A stretch of 64,000 nt of DNA from Candidatus Omnitrophota bacterium. Lineage in GTDB: Bacteria; Omnitrophota; Gorgyraeia; JAZDFF01. The notes beneath the pieces were generated by a model. It was given only the letters and a program-made list of their open reading frames with translations, was not told the origin of the DNA and did not search any database. How positions within the stretch are numbered: position 1 is the first letter of the stretch; each line of letters starts with the position of its first letter. Below, in pieces: positions 31,015 to 41,207 of the stretch. The position numbers and the translations under genes are program-made. The stretch is from positions 1,628 to 65,627 of the forward strand of contig JAZDFF010000001.1 in assembly GCA_043808095.1 (NCBI GenBank), written 5' to 3'.

Positions 31015-31623
31015 ATGAGAAAAGGGTTTACCTTAATTGAGGCGGTCATTGTGATATTTATCTTAGGGATTGTAGTTGCGGGTCTTATTCCTATCCTTTT
31101 CAAGGGCATTGAAATATCTACTTCTGGGATGTCTAGCCAAGAAGACTTAGCCAAAGCCAGGATTGCGCTGGAGAGGATGGTTAGTGAGATAAGGGATTCA
31201 GAATGTATTTGTTCCTGTCTTTGCTCGGGCGGTTCTTGTAATAGCAGTCTTATGTATATTCCAACTTCTAAAGATAAAAGAATTTATTTCGCGACACCAA
31301 GCGCTGACCCTAAAAATAAGATATTAAGAAACGTCTATACTATTACCAGCCCTGATCCCACAACTTGCGTAACACTTTGTAATTCCTCTTGGAATTCAAC
31401 TGCTACATCTTCGCAGGCACTCATTGATTCTCTTGCCTCAATGAGTCCTGGTAATACCTGTATTAGTTGTAGGGCATTTAACGAGAATGGAGTTGAACAA
31501 ACCTCTTATTTGGGCGTTATTAATAACAGCCGTTTATTAAAAATTAAATTTATCTTACATAAGAAATCCGGCGGAGAACTTCCCTTTGAGACACAGGTGG
31601 TGTTGAGGAAGAGGGTACCATAA
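31015..31623 (+). CDS. Type IV pilin/pseudopilin-like protein
   Basis: MRKGFTLIEAVIVIFILGIV prepilin motif; Cys-rich C-terminus. Start at ATG 31015 with an upstream AAAGGGG. Confidence 0.7.
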   Translation: MRKGFTLIEAVIVIFILGIVVAGLIPILFKGIEISTSGMSSQEDLAKARIALERMVSEIRDSECICSCLCSGGSCNSSLMYIPTSKDKRIYFATPSADPKNKILRNVYTITSPDPTTCVTLCNSSWNSTATSSQALIDSLASMSPGNTCISCRAFNENGVEQTSYLGVINNSRLLKIKFILHKKSGGELPFETQVVLRKRVP

Positions 31624-31698
31624 GGAATGAACGTCCAATATCCAATAAATACCAATAATACCAATGAATTTCCAATGACCAATAACCAATAAATACCA

Positions 31699-32052
31699 AT
31701 GGCCAAGGAATATGATATCAAAGACAGGACTTTTAGTTTTGCACAAAGGGTTTTAGAAATAGTAGGTATGTTGCCCAAGATAGTAGAATGCGATGTAATT
31801 CGTAAACAACTTACTGAGGCAGGGACTTCCGTAGGCGCAAACGTTGAAGAAGCAGACGGTGCCTTAAGCAAAAAGGATTTTATAAATAAGATGGGTATAG
31901 CCAGAAGAGAGGCTAAAGAGAGCAGATATTGGTTGAGGCTTATTTCAGGAAAGTATATTAATGAGGAGAAGATTGCCAAAGATATAATTGAAGCAAATGA
32001 ACTCAAAAATATCTTAAGTTCAATTATTGAGAATACTAATAAATCCAAATAA
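31699..32052 (+). CDS. Four-helix-bundle protein of the 23S rRNA-intervening-sequence / Avd family
   Basis: 117 aa. The pattern LxxxGxxxxxxE...SxxDFxxKxxIARREAKESRYWLRL matches this family, to which the DGR accessory protein Avd belongs. Confidence 0.6.
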   Translation: MAKEYDIKDRTFSFAQRVLEIVGMLPKIVECDVIRKQLTEAGTSVGANVEEADGALSKKDFINKMGIARREAKESRYWLRLISGKYINEEKIAKDIIEANELKNILSSIIENTNKSK

Positions 32053-32131
32053 TGGCTTATAAATTGGAAATTGGTATTTGGGATTTTATTGGAGGTTGGT
32101 ATTTATTGGTAATTATTGGGATTTAAAGAGT

Positions 32132-33766
32132 ATGAATCTTTTCACCAACAAGACTGGTTTTGCCTTATTTATCTCTATCTTCATCATCCTGGCTTTCTCA
32201 ACCATAGCGCTTCTTTGCTTTAATCTTCTGACTGTCCAGGACGATGCCGCCATCCGCAATCTCTATTCCATAAGGGCCTATTACCTGGCAGAGGCAGCCA
32301 GACAGCTTTGGTTAGAATACTATGTGCCTTGGGGGAGTGATTTTTGCAATGACGGCTCTGATGAAAAGCCAAACGAATTCCCTGATAATATTACCCGTAC
32401 CATAAACGGCGGAACACTTAATATTCATTATGTAGCTAGACAAGCACCTGAGCAGGCTACCACTGTGCAATTTTCCGGTTCGGTCCCTTTAAGTGGTCAG
32501 CAAATCAGCCGCAGCTTTACCCAGGATTTTTCTTTTCCCTTGGGTTCAGCTGCCTTTAATCTCAGGAGGGATTTGCAGAATTTTGTGTTGGCTACCTTTA
32601 ATGCTGGTTCAAGTAGTTGTTTTTATCTGGGAGGTGATACCGGACTTAGCGGGCAGAGCCTTCCACTATATTTCTTTGCTAAGGCGTGTAGTGATTGTGC
32701 TGGGTCACAATGCAACGAAGAATCCGACCCTCAGTATATTTTTCGTAGTTTTGGGAATGTCTATATGGGAAATTTTGATGTAGTACTTAGAATTGCACAG
32801 ATTGGAGATTCATCTAATCAGCGAAACCTTTATATGAATATACCCAGCGGTTCTAAAAAATTACATATATTTGAATGTTCAAGAATAAATGGCAATCTTT
32901 ATCGTCGCAATACTGACTTAAATTGTTTCCCAATTATTAATTCCGGTTGGCAGGGTATGTGCTATGTTTACCAGCTCGCAGGGGGGCCTTGTCCTAGCTG
33001 TAACAGTTGTTGTAAAGATTCCAATTGCGATTCTTCTTGTTTCGTTTCTGACGCTGGCTGGCCAGCTTCACCACCACAACCTATCCCCAGCAAACCCGTT
33101 ATTGATAATAGTTATTTCAATCAGGAGCTTAAAATTGCATTTCAGAGCGGAAGCACTTCTGGTTCTCCCCTTTCTGGTGACTTAGGAAAGAGGAATCGCT
33201 ATTTTAATCTGGCTAATTTGAATATTGATGGTGATATCAGCGGCGGGCCTGCTAATATTGTAACTACGGGCAGGATACTTATTGCTGATAATGTGAAGAT
33301 AGGCGAGAAAATAACTCTTATATGCGGGGATGATGTTTCCAATACTGACCCAAATGAAGAATATATTTATTTAGGCTCAGATAACGTAATAGGCGGCACC
33401 TATTCTGGCGGCCAGATTTCAGGCGGAGGAAGCCTTATATATAGTCGTAATGACAGTACTAGCCTTACATACGCTCCGCTTTATATTCCTGACGGTGCAA
33501 GGATAAAGGCAAGCATATTATCGCCAGGATTAGTGTGGATAAATAGCCAGGATAGTTGGAATATCTGGGGCACAGTTTATTCTGGAAGCGTTATATCAAT
33601 CACAGGAGGTCAGGGAGAACTTCGTGGTAGGATTTTTAGCGACGCCCCTGCACCGGATCCTTCAAAAGATGGGCCCTTTAATATGACCCTTTATGAAGAA
33701 TCAAATCTTCCTTTAAGGCTTAAAGGCCTTTATAATATCTCCACCAGCAACTGGCGGGAGCAGTAG
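32132..33766 (+). CDS. PilX-like large secreted protein, paralog 1 (pilin-type N-terminal anchor, Cys-rich variable body)
   Basis: N-terminus KTGFALFISIFIILAFSTIALLCFNLL is a PilX_N-like helix. C-terminus ...RLKGLYNISTSNWREQ is shared with the paralogs at 33951 and 35679. Confidence 0.65.
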   Translation: MNLFTNKTGFALFISIFIILAFSTIALLCFNLLTVQDDAAIRNLYSIRAYYLAEAARQLWLEYYVPWGSDFCNDGSDEKPNEFPDNITRTINGGTLNIHYVARQAPEQATTVQFSGSVPLSGQQISRSFTQDFSFPLGSAAFNLRRDLQNFVLATFNAGSSSCFYLGGDTGLSGQSLPLYFFAKACSDCAGSQCNEESDPQYIFRSFGNVYMGNFDVVLRIAQIGDSSNQRNLYMNIPSGSKKLHIFECSRINGNLYRRNTDLNCFPIINSGWQGMCYVYQLAGGPCPSCNSCCKDSNCDSSCFVSDAGWPASPPQPIPSKPVIDNSYFNQELKIAFQSGSTSGSPLSGDLGKRNRYFNLANLNIDGDISGGPANIVTTGRILIADNVKIGEKITLICGDDVSNTDPNEEYIYLGSDNVIGGTYSGGQISGGGSLIYSRNDSTSLTYAPLYIPDGARIKASILSPGLVWINSQDSWNIWGTVYSGSVISITGGQGELRGRIFSDAPAPDPSKDGPFNMTLYEESNLPLRLKGLYNISTSNWREQ

Positions 33767-33950
33767 AAAAGGATTGGGACAATTAAGTAGTAGTTTCGTC
33801 TTAAAAGGTTATAGGGTTGCGGTTACGTATCGTATGAAAAGTTATCGTTGGTCGTTTATCGTATAAATACGACAGACAAAACTGATACACGATGGACGAT
33901 ACGTGTCCGAGGCCGAAACCGATAAAACGTCAGACAAGGTTTTATTAATC

Positions 33951-35501
33951 ATGCATCTACCTATCAATAAAAGTGGCTTTGCTCTTTTTATCTCTATCTT
34001 CATCATCCTGGCATTTTCCACCATCGCCCTGCTTTGCTTTAATCTTTTAACTGTCCAGGACGATGCCGCTATCCGCAATCTCTACTCCATCCGTGCCTAT
34101 TACCTGGCAGAGGCAGCCAGGCAGCTGTGGTTAGAATACTATCCAAGCTGGGGAAATGATTTTACCAACACGACCCAGTTTCCCGATGGCACCACCCGCA
34201 CTTTAAATGGCGGACAATTTAGTTTCAGCTATATCAGTCGCAACAGCCGTTTGGCCAGCTTGAACTTTACCGGAAGCATCCCCCTGGGCACAACTACGGT
34301 TACCAAAGGTTTTAGGCAGGATTTTAGCGATTCATCCTCAGCGCTCTTTAGAGACTTAAATAATTTTGTCTTAGGGGTGTTTAATGATGATGAGGTCTAT
34401 GCCTTGGGTGGGGATAATCCTGCAGAAGGACGTTATTATTATACATACGGTTGCGCATGCGCACAAGGCTGTAGCACGACACTTAATCAAAGATACATCT
34501 TTCGTGCATTTGGTAATGTTTATCTCGATGGCCCTTCGTCTTCTCCTAATGGGAGACATCTATTTAAGTTAGGCGAGATTGGTTATCCTAATGATCCTAG
34601 TAAACCCAGAGAGCTCTATATAACAGGTAAAGGAATAGGTTCGGGGGTGCTTATTAGTGAATGTACAAGGATATACGGTAATCTTAGGATAACTAATGCC
34701 TACCTTCATCATCATCAACTTGAATCAGGTGGTTTTAGTAAGTGTAGATTAAATGTAGTTAGCAGTTCACCTTATTATTGTGTAAATCCTCTAGATCCCC
34801 CTAATGTTTGTGATGGTAGTTGCTATAGTGGTGCTGCTGGCACTTTACCTCAACCCGCAAAACCCGATATAAACACCTATTTTACGCAAGAACTGCAATT
34901 GGCCCAAAATTGTTCCAGCGGTGGTTATTGCTGGAATGGCAATGGTATTGCTGGTCCAACAACTTTAACTAAAAATGTTTATTATAGCGGCTCTGATGAT
35001 TTTTATTTAACGGGAGATATTAACGTCATTTTTCCGATAAATATCGTTATTAACTTAACCAATGCAACTAAATCAGTAAGGATCCAATCTGGAGCCAAGG
35101 TTTCAGGAAAGATAACCATTATCTCTTCTGGTAAGATTGTTACATATGGTGATGAAATAAGGGTCGGCGATATAAATTTAACCTGCCCTAGCTCTCTTAT
35201 TTATTCACATTCAGATGCTAATCCTGCCATAGAAATCAATGCCTCTCCTGAAATCAAGGCAAATATCTTATCTCGGGGTTCGGTTGATTTAGCAGAACAA
35301 CAGACTCCCAAGATTTGGGGCACAATCTATGCCTGGGAGATTGATGCCTATCAAGCTGGTCAGGCCAATATCTATGGCCCAGTATTCGTTGACCAGACAG
35401 AAATAGATAAACCCCTTAATCTTACCTTAAACGAGGCCCCGCTTTCCTTTAGAATCAGGGGCCTGTATAATATAGCCTCCAGCAACTGGCAGGAGCAGTA
35501 G
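33951..35501 (+). CDS. PilX-like large secreted protein, paralog 2
   Basis: Same N-terminal ~65 aa and C-terminal GLYNIASSNWQEQ as paralog 1; the middle is unrelated. Confidence 0.65.
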   Translation: MHLPINKSGFALFISIFIILAFSTIALLCFNLLTVQDDAAIRNLYSIRAYYLAEAARQLWLEYYPSWGNDFTNTTQFPDGTTRTLNGGQFSFSYISRNSRLASLNFTGSIPLGTTTVTKGFRQDFSDSSSALFRDLNNFVLGVFNDDEVYALGGDNPAEGRYYYTYGCACAQGCSTTLNQRYIFRAFGNVYLDGPSSSPNGRHLFKLGEIGYPNDPSKPRELYITGKGIGSGVLISECTRIYGNLRITNAYLHHHQLESGGFSKCRLNVVSSSPYYCVNPLDPPNVCDGSCYSGAAGTLPQPAKPDINTYFTQELQLAQNCSSGGYCWNGNGIAGPTTLTKNVYYSGSDDFYLTGDINVIFPINIVINLTNATKSVRIQSGAKVSGKITIISSGKIVTYGDEIRVGDINLTCPSSLIYSHSDANPAIEINASPEIKANILSRGSVDLAEQQTPKIWGTIYAWEIDAYQAGQANIYGPVFVDQTEIDKPLNLTLNEAPLSFRIRGLYNIASSNWQEQ

Positions 35502-35678
35502 AAAATGATTGTAGAGATTATAAATCAAAATGCAAAATTCAGGTTTAGGGGTTAGTAGGATTAAGTAGGGAGTAGTAAGGGTAAGAAAGGGATAAATTAT
35601 AAAAACCCATCCTAACCCCTTCTAACCCTTTCTATCCCTTCCTAACCCTTAAATCTTTGATTTTTATCTTACAAAAGT

Positions 35679-37295
35679 ATGAATCTATCCACTCACAAAG
35701 GTTTTGCCTTATTTATCTCTATCTTCATCATCCTGGCATTTTCAACCATTGCCTTACTTTGTTTTAATCTCTTGACGGTCCAGGATGATGCAGCCATCCG
35801 TAATCTCTACTCCATCCGTGCATATTACCTGGCAGAGGCAGCCAGGCAACTCTGGTTGGAATACTATGCACCCTGGGGCGCAGATTTTACTATTAGTAGT
35901 CAATTCCCTTCAGTAACCAAGACCTTAGCAGTAAATCAATTCAGTATCAATTATTCTCCTTATGGCCAGGATGCCGGCCCACTTACTCAGCAGAGAAAAG
36001 CTCGAGTCCATTTTCAAGGAATAATTCTATCTATCCCTATCACTAGAACATTTTTTCTGGACATAGATGCTGAACCCAAGACTGCCTTAACCAGGACCTG
36101 CGCCTCTGACAAAAGAGACTGTCTGAGCGGTGATTTAAAGAATTTTGTTTTGAATTATAATGGCAGTTCTGATCTCAACTTGGCAGGAACATTAGATTAT
36201 TGTTGTTGTACTGGTTTTAATGGTAGTAGTTGTTGTGGTACTTATGGTTGTCCTTTTGGAGATTGTGTTGGTTATCCGCCTTTTAGAGGCCCTGTCGTCA
36301 CTGGGGATGTCTATTCGAATAGAAATGTTTATTTCAAATCCGGAGAGATTAACGGAAATCTTTATAGCAGTTCCAATATTCAGGTCCGTGAATGTGCAAG
36401 GATAATAAATGGTTCGGTATATCACGGCGGAGCGCTTAATTGTTGTCGTGTTTCTGGGTTAGTCCCGCCTCTTGTTTCTTGTAAATGTGATAATAGTTAT
36501 ACCTGTAACAATTATTGCTGCGGCGGTGGCCCTTGTCTAACTGATGGTGGCGCTTCCGGCCCTAAGCCGGCTCCTTCAAAGCCAGCGATTGATACTACAT
36601 ATTTTGATAAACAGATTGAGTGTGCCCAAACTTATGGCGAAGTGCCATCTGGTGGGACTAAAACTATCTCTAGTGATGTGAATTTAGGAACTACAGGAGA
36701 TATCTATGTTAATGGAAAGATAGTCATTAACTGCACCGGTGACTGCACCGGTGGGAGTACAAATATCTCTACTACTGGTAGGTCGTGTAATATAGTGGCT
36801 ACTGGTGATATTGAGGTCACGAGGTCACATATTTCTGAGCGGATAAACCTAATCAGTGGAGGCAGGATTTTGACGAATGGCGATCCAACCTATGGTCCAA
36901 CAGTAATCGGCGGTGATTATTCTGCCGGCCCTCCTGAGCAGGTCACGGGCGTGGGTTGTCTTCTCTATGCACGGGCACAAACCAATCCTATAGCAATTAT
37001 TAGAGATTCTATGGTTAAGGCAAGAATATTGACACCAGCATCGGGTTCAGTAAGCATAATAAGCGGAAGTAATGACTGCGCAGGAAAGATCTGGGGTATA
37101 GTCTATACAAAGACCACTGATCTATCGGATACACGTAAATGTCCGAGTATTGTTGGCAGTATATTTACAGACAGTCTCTCTTCAACAATGCAATTTGGAC
37201 CTACCGAAGATGGTACTGGCAATTCCAATCTTTTTCTTCCTCTGAGGCTTAGAGGCCTTTATAATATCTCTACCAACAACTGGCAGGAGCAGTGA
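35679..37295 (+). CDS. PilX-like large secreted protein, paralog 3
   Basis: Same N- and C-terminal modules as paralogs 1 and 2; very Cys-rich variable middle (CCCTGFNGSSCCGTYGCPFGDC...). Confidence 0.65.
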   Translation: MNLSTHKGFALFISIFIILAFSTIALLCFNLLTVQDDAAIRNLYSIRAYYLAEAARQLWLEYYAPWGADFTISSQFPSVTKTLAVNQFSINYSPYGQDAGPLTQQRKARVHFQGIILSIPITRTFFLDIDAEPKTALTRTCASDKRDCLSGDLKNFVLNYNGSSDLNLAGTLDYCCCTGFNGSSCCGTYGCPFGDCVGYPPFRGPVVTGDVYSNRNVYFKSGEINGNLYSSSNIQVRECARIINGSVYHGGALNCCRVSGLVPPLVSCKCDNSYTCNNYCCGGGPCLTDGGASGPKPAPSKPAIDTTYFDKQIECAQTYGEVPSGGTKTISSDVNLGTTGDIYVNGKIVINCTGDCTGGSTNISTTGRSCNIVATGDIEVTRSHISERINLISGGRILTNGDPTYGPTVIGGDYSAGPPEQVTGVGCLLYARAQTNPIAIIRDSMVKARILTPASGSVSIISGSNDCAGKIWGIVYTKTTDLSDTRKCPSIVGSIFTDSLSSTMQFGPTEDGTGNSNLFLPLRLRGLYNISTNNWQEQ

Positions 37296-37320
37296 AAAAA
37301 TGATTCCAGCGATTAAGAAG

Positions 37321-37570
37321 ATGATTATCCCGAATGATGTTATTCTTTGTAGTGTCTCTTCGGGATCCCGATGTAATTCTTAAGAAGTTACTACATTCGG
37401 GACAGCGATAAAAGATACGATTACAGCAAGAGAACCATATTTAATATCCAATGTCCAATATCCAATAAATACCAATAATACCAATGAATGTCCAATTGCC
37501 AATTGGATAGTTGGGATTTGGAGAATTTATTGGAGTTTGGTATTTATTGGTAATTATTGGGATTTAAAGA
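37321..37570. repeat. Right direct repeat flanking the pilin/PilX-like locus
   Basis: See the 29811-30150 entry; ends in the ...GGGATTTAAAGAGT-ATG junction that also precedes paralog 1. Confidence 0.7.
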
Positions 37571-37572
37571 GT

Positions 37573-37650
37573 ATGAATCTTTTCACCAACAAGACTGGTT
37601 TTGCCCTTTTTATCTCTATCTTCATCATCCCGGTCTTTTTGGTTATCGCT
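37573..37650 (+). pseudogene. Truncated fourth copy of the PilX-like N-terminal module (promoter-proximal fragment or silent cassette)
   Basis: ATGAATCTTTTCACCAACAAGACTGGTTTTGCC... is nearly identical to the 5' end of paralog 1 (32132). Homology is lost after ~25 codons; the frame runs into the trpB start. Confidence 0.5.
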
Positions 37651-37712
37651 TTGTTCTCTCCGAGAATGAATAAATTGACAGTTCGTCAGATTATCTTTAT
37701 AATAAACCCATT

Positions 37713-38900
37713 ATGACAAAAAAATTACCCGATCATCACGGATATTTCGGTCAGTTCGGGGGGAAGTTTGTGCCTGAGACCCTGATGTATGCGCTCTCTG
37801 AATTAGGGGAGGCTTATAAGGCAGTTAGAAAAGACCCCGCCTTTAGGAGAGAACTAAGATATTATCTTCAGATTTACGCCGGAAGGCCAACACCTTTGTA
37901 TCCTGCCAGGAATTTAAGCAGATATTTAGGAAATCTAAAGGTCTGTCTAAAACGCGAAGACCTTCTGCATACCGGGGCCCATAAAATAAATAATGCCTTA
38001 GGTCAGGTGCTTTTAGCCCGGCGGATGAAAAAGACGCGCATTATTGCCGAGACCGGCGCCGGCCAGCACGGCGTTGCCACTGCCACAGTAGCGGCCTTGT
38101 TTGGCCTGGAGTGCGACATCTATATGGGGCTTGAAGATATCAAAAGACAGCACCAAAATGTCTTCAGGATGAAACTTCTGGGTGCGAGAGTTATCCCCGT
38201 TGATAGCGGCTCTAAGACTTTAAAAGATGCCTGTTCAGAGGCAATCCGGGATTGGGTGACTAATGTCAAGGATACCTATTATCTTATCGGTTCGGTTATC
38301 GGGCCGCATCCTTATCCGGTAATGGTGCGCGATTTTCAGACGGTGATCGGCGAGGAATCCAGAAGACAGATACTGGAGTTAGAGGCCAGGCTTCCTGATT
38401 ATCTAGTAGCCTGTGTCGGAGGCGGAAGTAATGCCATGGGTTTATTTTACCCTTTCTTTAAGGATAAAAAGGTGAAATTTATCGGGGTGGAGGCGGCAGG
38501 AAAAGGCCTCACTAGCGGTCTTCATTCGGCGAGTTTGGTTAAGGGAAGGATCGGGGTCTTACACGGCAGCAAGAGTTCGCTTCTACAGGATAAATACGGC
38601 CAGGTAAATATTGCCCATTCTATTGCCGCTGGCCTTGATTATCCTGGGGTGGGGCCGGAACATACCTATTATAAAAAGATAAAGCGAGCCGAATATGTAG
38701 CCGTAGGCGATCGGCAGGCCTTAGAGGGCCTGAGGCTCTTATCAGAAACTGAGGGAATCATCCCGGCCTTGGAGCCAAGCCATGCCATTTATTATTTAAA
38801 AATCTTAGCCAAGAAAATTAAGACCAGGGCCCTGGTTATTCTTTGTTTGTCAGGCAGAGGGGACAAAGACCTGGATATCGTTATGAAACATGGTTGCTAA
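37713..38900 (+). CDS. trpB: Tryptophan synthase beta chain
   Basis: [18 protein letters not shown] (PLP lysine), GSNAMG. Confidence 0.95.
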   Translation: MTKKLPDHHGYFGQFGGKFVPETLMYALSELGEAYKAVRKDPAFRRELRYYLQIYAGRPTPLYPARNLSRYLGNLKVCLKREDLLHTGAHKINNALGQVLLARRMKKTRIIAETGAGQHGVATATVAALFGLECDIYMGLEDIKRQHQNVFRMKLLGARVIPVDSGSKTLKDACSEAIRDWVTNVKDTYYLIGSVIGPHPYPVMVRDFQTVIGEESRRQILELEARLPDYLVACVGGGSNAMGLFYPFFKDKKVKFIGVEAAGKGLTSGLHSASLVKGRIGVLHGSKSSLLQDKYGQVNIAHSIAAGLDYPGVGPEHTYYKKIKRAEYVAVGDRQALEGLRLLSETEGIIPALEPSHAIYYLKILAKKIKTRALVILCLSGRGDKDLDIVMKHGC

Positions 38901-39001
38901 AATTACTAAGGTTACTAAAAGTTACTATAAGTTACAATATTCTAGCAACCTCATTTAACATCAGATAACCTCATAGAACCTCATTTAACCTTTTTGAAGT
39001 G

Positions 39002-39784
39002 ATGACACGAATCGATAAAAAGTTTAGAGATTTAAGAAGGCAGCATAAAAAGGCCTTTATTGCCTTTATCACTGCAGGAGACCCTGACCTTAATACCACT
39101 TTTAAATTAGCCCTGGAACTTGAAAAATCCGGGGTGGATATCATAGAGTTGGGGGTGCCATTTTCCGATCCTCTGGCTGACGGACCGGTTATACAGGCCG
39201 CTTCAGAGCGCAGCCTTAAAAAAGGAACTACCTTAGTTGGTGTAATTAATCTTATAAAGAGGATAAGAAGAGAGAGTAACATTCCTCTTGTGATAATGAG
39301 CTATTACAATCCTATTCTCAGTATGGGTGAGGAAAGGTTTACAATAGAAGCGCATCTGGCCGGTTTAGACGGACTGATTATCCCGGATTTACCTCCTGAA
39401 GAGTCGTCTTCCTTAATCTCTTTCTGCCGAAGCCATAATTTAAATAATATTTTATTTTTGTCCCCCACAAGTCCGATTTCACGGATTAAATCAATCACCA
39501 GGCTTACTAGCGGCTTTATCTATTATGTTTCTTTAACCGGAGTTACCGGCACCAGGGATAGATTGGCAGGACAGCTAGAGAACAGAATCAGGCTGATAAA
39601 GCGTTTTAGCAAAAAACCCGTGTGCGTCGGCTTCGGGATATCTAATAGGAATCAAGTGCAGAAAATTTCTAGATTTTCTGACGGCGTAATTATAGGAAGC
39701 GCGATTGTCAAAAAGATCCAGGATAACGTCGGTAATAAATATTTGGTAACCAAGGTCGGTAAGTTTGTAAGAAGCTTGATGTGA
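39002..39784 (+). CDS. trpA: Tryptophan synthase alpha chain
   Basis: ELGVPFSDPLADGPVIQ and GFGIS motifs. ATG at 39002; the track's 38999 is a GTG. Confidence 0.9.
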   Translation: MTRIDKKFRDLRRQHKKAFIAFITAGDPDLNTTFKLALELEKSGVDIIELGVPFSDPLADGPVIQAASERSLKKGTTLVGVINLIKRIRRESNIPLVIMSYYNPILSMGEERFTIEAHLAGLDGLIIPDLPPEESSSLISFCRSHNLNNILFLSPTSPISRIKSITRLTSGFIYYVSLTGVTGTRDRLAGQLENRIRLIKRFSKKPVCVGFGISNRNQVQKISRFSDGVIIGSAIVKKIQDNVGNKYLVTKVGKFVRSLM

Positions 39785-39929
39785 ATTAATTTAATTTTCA
39801 CTGAAAGAATCTAATGATGCGCAGATAATTACAGATAATCTGTGCCCATCTGTGAAAAACTAAATTTAAACTGCAATCTGTGCTTAAGCCGCAGGCTGAT
39901 CCGCCTGCGGCGGAAATCTGTGATATAAA

Positions 39930-41189
39930 ATGTATAATAAGATTAATTTGGAAAATAAATTACGGATTGTTACTTATCCTATGGAGGGATTAAGGTCAGT
40001 TTCCGTAGGTATCTGGATCGGAGTCGGCGGTCGGTTTGAAAATGCCTCTAACAAAGGCATATCGCATTTCCTAGAACACCTGGTTTTTAAAGGCTCTAGA
40101 AAATACTCCTGCGAAGAAATAAAACAGGGAATCGAGGGCTCGGGAGGAGCTTTAAACGGATTCACCTCAGAGGAATTTACCTGTTATCTGGTGAAGGTCT
40201 TAGACAAAAATATCCTTAAGGCGATTGATATCTTAGCGGATATGGTGGTAAATCCGCTGATTCCCTCCGTTGAAGTTGAAAAAGAACGCGGGGTAATTAT
40301 TGAAGAGATAAAGATGTATAAAGATCTACCCCAGCATTATGTCCATGAACTTTTAGACGGCTTGCTTTGGCCGAATCACCCCTTGGGAATGAACCTCGCC
40401 GGGACGGTTGATAGCGTATCCGGTATTTCCCGGGAAGACCTTTTTAAATTTCAATCCTTTTGGTATCCTGTTTCTAATATAGTGGTTGTGATATGTGGTG
40501 CCTTTCATGAAGCCAAGACAATAGAAAAAATCAAGGCCACTTTTAGAAAATTAGCCTCTGGTAAAAAAACGCAGTTTCTTAAATTTAGCGCAAAACAAAA
40601 TAGCCCTCGTTTTACAACCCTCAATAAAAAAACCGAACAAACTCACCTTGCCATGGGTTATCCCAGCCTAAAGAGAGATCATCCCAAAAAGTATGTCTTA
40701 AGTTTATTAAATACAATACTAGGCGCTAATATGTCCAGTCGCTTGTTTAAAGAGATACGCGAAAAAAGAGGCCTGGCTTATGAAATCGGCACAAGCTTAA
40801 AACGGCACGCTGATAGCGGCGCATTTGTCGTCCATGCTGGAATCGACAACAGAAATGTAATCCAGACCATCGATTTAATCCTAAAGGAATTTGATAAGAT
40901 AAAAAAGTTTTTGCCGACTAAGAGTGAATTTATGCGGGCCAAGGAGTTTTATTGCGGCCAGCTGATCATCGCCCTTGAAGACCCTCTTAATCAGATGCTT
41001 ATGTTGGGAGAAGACGTCCTGTCAAAGGACGAGATTCATTCTCCCCAAGAAACATTAAAAGAGATTGAAAAAATTAAGATTGAAGAAATATCGGAATTGG
41101 CCAAAGATATTTTTGACCCCAGGCATATTAATGTTGCCTTAATCGGGCCGGACAGCGGTATCGAGTCAAAGTTTAAAAAAATAATCTAA
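39930..41189 (+). CDS. M16-family zinc peptidase (insulinase/PqqL-like)
   Basis: Inverted zinc motif HFLEHLVFKGS (HxxEH) plus a downstream E. Confidence 0.85.
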   Translation: MYNKINLENKLRIVTYPMEGLRSVSVGIWIGVGGRFENASNKGISHFLEHLVFKGSRKYSCEEIKQGIEGSGGALNGFTSEEFTCYLVKVLDKNILKAIDILADMVVNPLIPSVEVEKERGVIIEEIKMYKDLPQHYVHELLDGLLWPNHPLGMNLAGTVDSVSGISREDLFKFQSFWYPVSNIVVVICGAFHEAKTIEKIKATFRKLASGKKTQFLKFSAKQNSPRFTTLNKKTEQTHLAMGYPSLKRDHPKKYVLSLLNTILGANMSSRLFKEIREKRGLAYEIGTSLKRHADSGAFVVHAGIDNRNVIQTIDLILKEFDKIKKFLPTKSEFMRAKEFYCGQLIIALEDPLNQMLMLGEDVLSKDEIHSPQETLKEIEKIKIEEISELAKDIFDPRHINVALIGPDSGIESKFKKII

Positions 41190-41207
41190 AACATCTTAAT
41201 TGAAAAA

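Noticed and set aside
29136-37716. A complete diversity-generating retroelement acting on the PilX-like genes
   Set aside because: No reverse-transcriptase ORF occurs anywhere in the window. The paralogs differ by wholesale divergence of their middles, not adenine-specific changes in a short 3' VR. No TR/VR pair is evident.
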